Positions 57,819-64,000 of a stretch of 64,000 bases of DNA are shown here, in pieces. The notes beneath the pieces were generated by a model. That model ran no database searches and had not been told where the DNA came from. It saw nothing but the letters and a program-made list of their open reading frames with translations. Source of the DNA: an uncultured Thermotogae bacterium (lineage in GTDB: Bacteria > Bipolaricaulota > Bipolaricaulia > RBG-16-55-9 > DRXL01). Numbering within the stretch: the stretch's first letter is position 1; the number at the start of each line of letters is the position of its first letter. The stretch lies in the NCBI GenBank assembly GCA_964473325.1, contig CAYYOG010000001.1:133694-197693 (forward strand), written 5' to 3'. Both the position numbers and the translations under genes were made by a program.

Positions 57819-58067
57819 TCACCTAACAGGAAAGACTTGTTCTTCAGCTATACGTTCGGCAGCATAAGCCAAGACAGCACGGATATCTTCAGGCTCTAGC
57901 TCTGGGTAATCTTTGAGTAAATCTTCTTCAGGCACGCCTGCAGCTAAAGCGCGTAAGATCTGCTCCACACTAATGCGCAGACCACGAATCGTCGGCTTGC
58001 CTAGCAAAACTTTTGGGTTGACGGTAACACGCTCTAATAGCTTGTTCTTGTGCCGTAAGGTCTTCAT
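57819..58067 (-). CDS. DUF433 protein (putative antitoxin partner)
   Basis: GKPTIRGLRISVEQIL, the DUF433 signature. Confidence 0.6.
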   Translation of the reverse strand: MKTLRHKNKLLERVTVNPKVLLGKPTIRGLRISVEQILRALAAGVPEEDLLKDYPELEPEDIRAVLAYAAERIAEEQVFPVR

Positions 58068-58150
58068 AAGGAGTCACCATTGTTATTCTAACTCACGGTC
58101 GAAGGGAAAGCTACTAGAACATTAGGCAATTTGAGTGTATACTCAACTAT

Positions 58151-58558
58151 ATGACCGATAAGAAACTGCCAGCTTTCGCAGAGCAAATTCGAGAACTTGT
58201 GTACGTCAAGCATAAGTTGGGCAAGGTAGAGATAGCAGTTCCATCAAGAAGCAGCCCAGACCCAATATTTGAAGAAATCTTGACTATTCCTGATTTAGTC
58301 TGCGGTGCCGTGACCAAATACTGGAGTATGGAACCAGATCAAAAATGGGGGAAATACTGGGAGGCAAGAGCACCTATATACAAATTTTTGAACGAAGAGC
58401 GATCCGACCTTCAAAAGCATTGTTTCTATCTTCAAAAGCATTGTTTCTATATTCATCATGCCAAGGTGCAAGGGAGAAGCGCTATTGAAGCATCGCGATA
58501 TAAGTTTGAACTCTCTGAGGAGTTACAAGAACTCCTAAAGAGAAGATCTACTTACTGA
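58151..58558 (+). CDS. Hypothetical protein encoded in a low-GC islet
   Basis: 135 aa. Local GC about 43% against a 60% background. Contains a 21-bp tandem duplication (LQKHCFY x2). An extended -10 (TGTATACT) lies upstream. Confidence 0.45.
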   Translation: MTDKKLPAFAEQIRELVYVKHKLGKVEIAVPSRSSPDPIFEEILTIPDLVCGAVTKYWSMEPDQKWGKYWEARAPIYKFLNEERSDLQKHCFYLQKHCFYIHHAKVQGRSAIEASRYKFELSEELQELLKRRSTY

Positions 58559-58563
58559 AAGAT

Positions 58564-59019
58564 TTATAACTCCCCAACAAACTTCACGCGCCTCCAGTGC
58601 GCCTTCATCGCGTTATATAGATGCTTATCCCCTGTCAAGAAATCCACGCCTAACTGCTCCGCCACCACCAGATAGGTCGCATCGTAGGCGCTCCGATGAT
58701 GCTCCTCACTAAGTTTCAAAATCTGCTCCTCCAAGCCCTTGATATCATGCTCTTCCAGAGCGAGCTTGCTCATAGCTCTCATGATCCCCAGAGCATCGTC
58801 GACGGAGAGCTTTTGTTGCCCCTTGACGCCACGCACCGCGCTGGAGAGCGCGCTCAAAATCTCGTAACGCGTGAGGGTCGGCACGACGAACCTCACCAAG
58901 CCAGCAGTCGCATCGCCTAACAGCGCCAAGGCTTGCGCCTTGTAAGGCTCCGCAGGCAGATAGAACGCCAGAAGCACACTTGCATCCACGACAACGCGAG
59001 TCGGAGCTTTGCCCTTCAT
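58564..59019 (-). CDS. vapC: PIN-domain toxin VapC
   Basis: VVDASVLLAF...D...YDATYL acidic PIN residues. Confidence 0.75.
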   Translation of the reverse strand: MKGKAPTRVVVDASVLLAFYLPAEPYKAQALALLGDATAGLVRFVVPTLTRYEILSALSSAVRGVKGQQKLSVDDALGIMRAMSKLALEEHDIKGLEEQILKLSEEHHRSAYDATYLVVAEQLGVDFLTGDKHLYNAMKAHWRRVKFVGEL

Positions 59020-59291
59020 GCAGCGCGCTCCTCTAGCTCCCGCCGTGACCGACGCACTAGACTGGGGACGTCAAGGTCAAGATGCTCAAACCTCTTGGAA
59101 AGCCTCAGAGCTTCAAAGTAGGCGTTGAGCTGCTCATAACGTTCGTACTCCCTAGGGGATAAGATCGCCCCGGCAAGCTCGTCCTCGCGTTCGTTGAAAA
59201 TCAAGATGGGAATATGTTTCTCTCGAGCTTCCTTGAGCAGTTGGGTAAAGCTCCTCTTGCCCTCAGCGACAGAGACTCGTTTCGCAGCCAC
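59016..59291 (-). CDS. Phd/YefM-family antitoxin
   Basis: 91 aa. IPILIFNEREDELAGAILSPREYE, typical of Phd/YefM. 4-nt overlap with vapC. Confidence 0.7.
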   Translation of the reverse strand: MAAKRVSVAEGKRSFTQLLKEAREKHIPILIFNEREDELAGAILSPREYERYEQLNAYFEALRLSKRFEHLDLDVPSLVRRSRRELEERAA

Positions 59292-59443
59292 GGCTTCCTC
59301 CTAAAGACCACTTTGATAGTCATATTTTAAGACTATCAAAGAGATGTGTCAAGACGGCTGGCAACGCGCATCTGCCCAAGTGTTTGCACCTTCCTCTCCC
59401 ATTCCCTATAATGCTTGCAGATTCGAACGTCCAAAGGGAGTGA

Positions 59444-60349
59444 GGTACTATCGCGGTCACAACACGTGCTAAACCAGAGTGGCTCAAGATACGGCCACCG
59501 GCGGGCCAGAATTACATTGCTATTAAAGAGACGCTGCGCAAGCACAACTTACACACCGTCTGCGAAGAAGCCCACTGCCCCAACGTGCACGAATGCTGGG
59601 GCGGCGGCACGGCTACGTTAATGCTCATGGGGGACATCTGTACGCGCGGGTGTCGGTTCTGCGCTGTTACTAAGGGGTATCCCAATGGCTATCTCGATCC
59701 GCTGGAGCCATGGAAGGTCGCTCAAGTCGTGAGCGAGTGGGGCTTAGATTATGTAGTCTTAACGAGCGTCGCTCGCGACGACTTGCCCGACGGCGGCGCT
59801 GAGCACTTCGCTAAAACCATCCGAGCGATCAAGCACAAGACGCCCACCACGCTCGTCGAAGTGCTCATCCCCGACTTTCGTGGGGATATCGAAGCTCTGA
59901 AAAAAGTTGTAGAAGCGCAGCCCGATGTCATTGATCACAACATCGAGACTGTCGAGCGGCTCACCCCTAGAGTCCGCGACCGCCGCGCGACGTATCGTCA
60001 GTCTCTGGCGGTTTTAGAGAACGTGAAAAAGCTCGATCCCGCACGCTATACGAAATCCTCGCTCATGGTGGGGCTGGGCGAAACAGATGAAGAGATTCTT
60101 CAAACGATGCGCGACCTGCGCGTCGTCGGTGTTGATATCTTAACGATTGGGCAGTATCTGCGCCCTAGCCCACGCCATATCGAAGTCGTGGAGTACGTGC
60201 ACCCAGAAAGATTTGCCCGCTGGAAGGAGATCGGCGAAGCCATGGGCTTTAGTTACGTTGCGTCCGGCCCACTGGTGCGCAGCAGCTACCGTGCCGGAGA
60301 ATTTTTCGTCAAGAGCTTGCTCAGGAGGGACTCTCAGCATGGCAGTTAA
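59444..60349 (+). CDS. lipA: Lipoyl synthase. The start is unresolved: an in-frame TGA at 59441-43 separates it from an ATG at 59411.
   Basis: KPEWLKIRPPAGQNYIAIKETLRKHNLHTVCEEAHCPNVHECW (auxiliary cluster CX4CX5C) then CTRGCRFCAV (radical SAM). No canonical start codon exists between the TGA and the cysteine motif. Confidence 0.7.
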   Translation, partial: GTIAVTTRAKPEWLKIRPPAGQNYIAIKETLRKHNLHTVCEEAHCPNVHECWGGGTATLMLMGDICTRGCRFCAVTKGYPNGYLDPLEPWKVAQVVSEWGLDYVVLTSVARDDLPDGGAEHFAKTIRAIKHKTPTTLVEVLIPDFRGDIEALKKVVEAQPDVIDHNIETVERLTPRVRDRRATYRQSLAVLENVKKLDPARYTKSSLMVGLGETDEEILQTMRDLRVVGVDILTIGQYLRPSPRHIEVVEYVHPERFARWKEIGEAMGFSYVASGPLVRSSYRAGEFFVKSLLRRDSQHGS

Positions 60350-61448
60350 ACCCCCTGTACAACGTGAATCACTTGTGCCGTTTGTACAAATTTTAGGGCC
60401 CGACGGCATGGCTAACCCCAACGACGTCGTCGAGCTGGGATTGAAACCCCATGATTTTAAAGCCTTCTATCGCTGGATGGTGCTGGCGCGGACTTTTGAT
60501 GAGCGCGCTTTGGCGCTCCAAAGACAAGGGCGCCTGGGCACCTATGCGCCCCTGCTAGGGCAAGAAGCTGCGCAAGTCGGTAGCGCCTATGCCCTGAAAC
60601 CCGAAGACTGGGTCTTCCCTAGCTATCGGGAGCACGCTGTGTTGGCCATGCGCGGCCAAAGCTGGACACAGCTCTTCTCCTATTGGGGAGGCAGTGAAGA
60701 GGGCAATCGTATCCCCGAGGGCATTAGAAACTTTATGATCTCTGTCCCTATTGCGACACAAATTCTCCATGCCACCGGGGCCGCGTGGGCAGCCAAGATC
60801 AAGGGTGAAAAATCCTGCACTATTGTATATTTTGGCGATGGAGCTACATCTGAGGGTGACTTTCACGAGGGGCTCAATTTTGCTGGGGTCTTCAAAGCCC
60901 CTGTGGTCTTTTTCTGCCAGAATAATCAGTATGCGATCTCCGTGCCGCGCACCAGACAGACAGCTTCTGAGACCATCGCGCAGAAAGCTATCGCTTACGG
61001 ATTTGAGGGCGTCCAAGTCGACGGCAACGATGTCTTCGCTGTCTATAAAGTAACGCGCGATGCGCTTGAGAAGGCGCGTAACGGCGGGGGCCCAACACTG
61101 ATTGAAGCCGTAACGTATCGCTTGACGCACCACACGACGGCGGACGATTGGACGCGCTATCGCCCTGCCGAAGAAGTCGAGATGTGGAAGCAAAAAGACC
61201 CAATCAAGCGCTTGAGACTTTATTTAGAAAAGCAGGGGCTGTGGAGTGAGCAAGAAGAAGCGAAGCTCGTAGAAGAAGCCAAGGCCGAGATCGCGCAAGC
61301 TGTCGCTCAATACGAAGCCCTGCCCAAGCGCGACGTCGAAGATATCTTTCAGTATATGTACGCCGAGATGCCGTGGAATCTCAAAGAGCAGCTTCAAGAA
61401 CTCCAAGAATATCTTGCGGAGCACGGCGGCGACCTCCCGAAAGAGTGA
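60339..61448 (+). CDS. pdhA: Pyruvate (2-oxoacid) dehydrogenase E1 alpha subunit
   Basis: MAVKPPVQRES... TPP motif GDGATSEG...N. AGGAGGG ribosome-binding site. Overlaps the lipA end. Confidence 0.85.
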   Translation: MAVKPPVQRESLVPFVQILGPDGMANPNDVVELGLKPHDFKAFYRWMVLARTFDERALALQRQGRLGTYAPLLGQEAAQVGSAYALKPEDWVFPSYREHAVLAMRGQSWTQLFSYWGGSEEGNRIPEGIRNFMISVPIATQILHATGAAWAAKIKGEKSCTIVYFGDGATSEGDFHEGLNFAGVFKAPVVFFCQNNQYAISVPRTRQTASETIAQKAIAYGFEGVQVDGNDVFAVYKVTRDALEKARNGGGPTLIEAVTYRLTHHTTADDWTRYRPAEEVEMWKQKDPIKRLRLYLEKQGLWSEQEEAKLVEEAKAEIAQAVAQYEALPKRDVEDIFQYMYAEMPWNLKEQLQELQEYLAEHGGDLPKE

Positions 61449-61450
61449 CC

Positions 61451-62428
61451 ATGCCCCAACTCAATATCGTCCAAGCAATCAACGACGCCCTCAAAACTGA
61501 GATGCGCCGAGATCCCTCAGTCATCGTGCTGGGCGAGGACGTTGGGGTCAACGGCGGAGTCTTCCGCGCGACGGAGAATCTATATCAAGAATTTGGGCCA
61601 GATCGCTCGATTGATACCCCATTATCTGAAGCTGGGATCGTCGGCACGGCGATTGGCATGGCGCTCAACGGGCTCAGGCCCGTTGCGGAGATCCAGTTTG
61701 ATGGGTTTATGCCCCCGGCGTTTGATCAGATCATCTCGCACGCGGCGCGCATCCGCTGGAGATCTCGTGGACGCTTCCATGTGCCCATTGTCATCCGTGC
61801 CCCCTATGGCGGCGGCATCCGCGCCCCAGAGCACCACGCTGAAAGCCCCGAAGCATATTATGCGCACACGCCAGGCTTGAAAGTCGTCATTCCGTCAACC
61901 CCCTACGATGCCAAAGGGCTGCTCATCGCCGCGATTCGAGATCCTGACCCGGTTATCTATCTAGAGCCCAAGAGGCTCTATCGCGCGTTCCGCGCCGAGG
62001 TCCCTGAAGAAGACTATATTGTGCCGATTGGCAAAGCTCGCATCGCTCGCGAGGGATCCCACGTCACGCTGATCGCCTGGGGAGCAATGATACCCATCGC
62101 TCTCAGTGCTGCCGAGAAGATGGCGGCCCAGAACGTCAGCGTCGAAGTGATCGATCTGCGCACCCTTGTTCCACTTGATGTTGAGACCGTGATCAACTCG
62201 GTGAAAAAGACTGGGCGGGTCGTAATCCTCCATGAGGCGCCGCGGGCGTGTGGGTTTGGTTCTGAATTAGCAGCGTTAGTCAACGATAAAGCGTTTGAGT
62301 ACTTGCAAGCACCCATTAAGCGCGTGACTAGCCCCGATGCTATCATTCCCCAGGCGCGCTTAGAAGACTACTATCTGCCTGATGTGGGACGGTGTCTGCG
62401 AGGTATTCAGACAGTTTTGCAGTATTGA
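61451..62428 (+). CDS. pdhB: 2-oxoacid dehydrogenase E1 beta subunit (copy 1)
   Basis: MPQLNIVQAINDALKTEMRRDPSVIVLGEDVG... Confidence 0.85.
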   Translation: MPQLNIVQAINDALKTEMRRDPSVIVLGEDVGVNGGVFRATENLYQEFGPDRSIDTPLSEAGIVGTAIGMALNGLRPVAEIQFDGFMPPAFDQIISHAARIRWRSRGRFHVPIVIRAPYGGGIRAPEHHAESPEAYYAHTPGLKVVIPSTPYDAKGLLIAAIRDPDPVIYLEPKRLYRAFRAEVPEEDYIVPIGKARIAREGSHVTLIAWGAMIPIALSAAEKMAAQNVSVEVIDLRTLVPLDVETVINSVKKTGRVVILHEAPRACGFGSELAALVNDKAFEYLQAPIKRVTSPDAIIPQARLEDYYLPDVGRCLRGIQTVLQY

Positions 62429-62442
62429 GAGGGTGACGGCAT

Positions 62443-63414
62443 ATGCCACAGATGACGCTTGTGCAAGCGATCAATGATGCGCTGAAGACAGAGATGCGTC
62501 GTGACCCAACTGTTATCGTCATGGGAGAAGACGTTGGAGTCAATGGCGGGGTCTTTCGCGCTACGGAAGGCCTCTACCAAGAGTTCGGGCCTGATCGCGC
62601 TATTGACACCCCCTTAGCAGAATCAGGGATTGTGGGCACGGCAATCGGGATGGCCATTAATGGGCTGAAGCCCGTTGCTGAGATTCAATTTGATGGCTTT
62701 CTGCCCCCAGCGTTCGATCAGATCGTCTCACATGCGGCGCGCATTCGCTGGCGCTCCCGTGGGCGCTATCACGTCCCTCTAGTCATTCGTGTGCCCTATG
62801 GCGGCGGCATCCGCGCTCTCGAACACCATTCTGAAGCCCCTGAAGCGTACTACGTTCATACGCCAGGCTTAAAAGTCGTCATCCCATCCAATCCCTACGA
62901 CGCTAAGGGCTTACTGATCTCAGCAATCAGAGACCCTGATCCCGTCATCTTCTTCGAGCCAAAGAGACTCTATCGCGCATTCCGTCAAGAGGTCCCCGAA
63001 GGCGACTACACCGTGCCCCTGGGCAAAGCTCATATTGTCCGTGAGGGCACCGACGTCACCGTGATCTCCTGGGGCGCGATGGTGAGAGTCTGCCTGCAAG
63101 CCCTTGATCAACTAGAGGGCGTTAGCGTCGAGCTGATCGATCTACGCTCGCTCGTGCCGTTGGATATCGAGACGGTTCTCGGCTCTGTAGTCAAGACAGG
63201 TCGAGTTGTTATTGCCCAAGAAGCTCCGCGCACGTGCAGCTTGGCTTCGGAGCTGACGGCGCTCCTCACGGAGAGAGCGCTTTTGCATTTACAAGCCCCC
63301 GTGGTGCGCGTCACGGGATATGATACCCATATTCCCTATCTCTTGATGGAGCAGTACTATCTGCCCGATGCCGGGCGGGTGAAGAAGGGCATTGAGAGAG
63401 TGTTGAGCTTTTGA
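62443..63414 (+). CDS. pdhB: 2-oxoacid dehydrogenase E1 beta subunit (copy 2, tandem paralogue)
   Basis: MPQMTLVQAINDALKTEMRRDPTVIVMGEDVG... About 85% identical to copy 1. Confidence 0.85.
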   Translation: MPQMTLVQAINDALKTEMRRDPTVIVMGEDVGVNGGVFRATEGLYQEFGPDRAIDTPLAESGIVGTAIGMAINGLKPVAEIQFDGFLPPAFDQIVSHAARIRWRSRGRYHVPLVIRVPYGGGIRALEHHSEAPEAYYVHTPGLKVVIPSNPYDAKGLLISAIRDPDPVIFFEPKRLYRAFRQEVPEGDYTVPLGKAHIVREGTDVTVISWGAMVRVCLQALDQLEGVSVELIDLRSLVPLDIETVLGSVVKTGRVVIAQEAPRTCSLASELTALLTERALLHLQAPVVRVTGYDTHIPYLLMEQYYLPDAGRVKKGIERVLSF

Positions 63415-63484
63415 ATCACGGAGGGCACGGAAGTACCACAGAAAGCACTGCTGTATCCGTGTAACCTGTGATTCAAACAAAGGG

Positions 63485-64000
63485 GTTGATTTTCTATGGT
63501 CGTCGGCGAGATCGCTACGGGTACGGAAGTCTTAGTTGTGGGCGGCGGGCCAGGAGGCTACGTCGCGGCCATCAGAGCCGCGCAGTTGGGCAAGGACGTC
63601 ACGCTCGTCGAGAAAGGCGAATTGGGCGGAGTCTGCCTCAACGTCGGCTGCATCCCCTCCAAAGCACTGATCTACGCGGCATATCTCTACGAGAAGATCA
63701 AGCACGCAGAGGCGTTCGGCATCTCCGCGAAAGAGGTGCAAATAAATTTAGAACGTCTGCAGGCCTGGAAGGAAAGCGTCGTTAAAAAGCTGACCGGGGG
63801 TGTTGAGCAACTGTGTAAGGGCAACGGCGTCACCGTGATCAAGGGCAAGGCGACGTTCGTCTCGCCGAAGAAGTGCTTGGTCGAGAGCGAGCACGGCACT
63901 CAAGCAATCGAGTTCAAGGACTGCATCATTGCGACGGGGTCCGTGCCCATGACGATCCCCGGCTTCGAGATCGACGGCGAGACTGTCATTGACTCGACGG
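63485..64000 (+). CDS. lpdA: Dihydrolipoyl dehydrogenase (E3). The 5' part only; it runs off the window end.
   Basis: MVVGEIATGTEVLVVGGGPGGYVAAIRAAQLG...GGVCLNVGCIPSK redox-active disulfide. Confidence 0.85.

Overview
This is a high-GC (~60%), gene-dense bacterial chromosomal window. Gene content points to an anaerobic or facultative lineage: PFOR/IOR oxidoreductases, a Na+-pumping biotin decarboxylase, an archaeal-type NMNAT, the PntAB transhydrogenase, and syntrophic-style acyl-CoA metabolism. Genes sit in tight operons, many with ATGA or TAATG start/stop overlaps.

Supported content:
- **Pentose-phosphate block (1-2033).** A transketolase C-terminal subunit gene (5' end beyond the window edge) is followed by hepT, mntA and tal, all translationally coupled on the minus strand.
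- **Housekeeping run (2085-8634).** nfo, tatD, nnr, ftsY and argS, then a DUF3105 protein.
- **8868-14552.** menA, a CPBP protease, the pntAA-pntAB-pntB transhydrogenase genes and an acyl-CoA dehydrogenase.
- **Na+-translocating decarboxylase set (16080-19229).** A four-gene acyl-CoA decarboxylase (carboxyltransferase, biotin carrier, small OadG-like subunit, OadB-like pump) sits next to a glutaryl-CoA dehydrogenase.
- **Uptake cluster (21890-25240).** A FecBCD-type ABC importer with a THEP1-like NTPase.
- **tRNA region (21.7-32 kb).** Six tRNAs: four Ser isoacceptors and two Arg. Each is flanked by a shared family of GC-rich palindromic repeats.
- **Acyl-transfer trio (28299-31239).** A GNAT acetyltransferase, a C45 peptidase and an HDAC-family deacetylase.
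- **Other single genes (31266-38355).** mscL carries a C-terminal Zn-ribbon-like tail. A membrane-anchored WD40 protein, tlyA, an RNase-H-like exonuclease and coaE follow.
- **por/ior operon (38508-46374).** Six translationally coupled genes: porG, a GltD-like::PorD fusion, porA, porB, an IorA::GltD-like fusion, and iorB. This is the most unusual system in the window and may be a hard-wired NAD(P)-linked 2-oxoacid oxidoreductase module.
- **Redox and membrane genes (46435-56827).** sod, a redoxin, an Rdx/SelW-like protein, nadM and an HD hydrolase. Then come transporters, an NfeD/SPFH pair and an RnfC-like protein.
- **Toxin-antitoxin islet (57468-59291).** A DUF433/DUF5615 pair, a low-GC orphan gene and vapBC.
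- **Pyruvate-dehydrogenase region (59411-64000).** lipA has an in-frame TGA near its 5' end, followed by pdhA and two tandem pdhB paralogues. lpdA runs off the window end.
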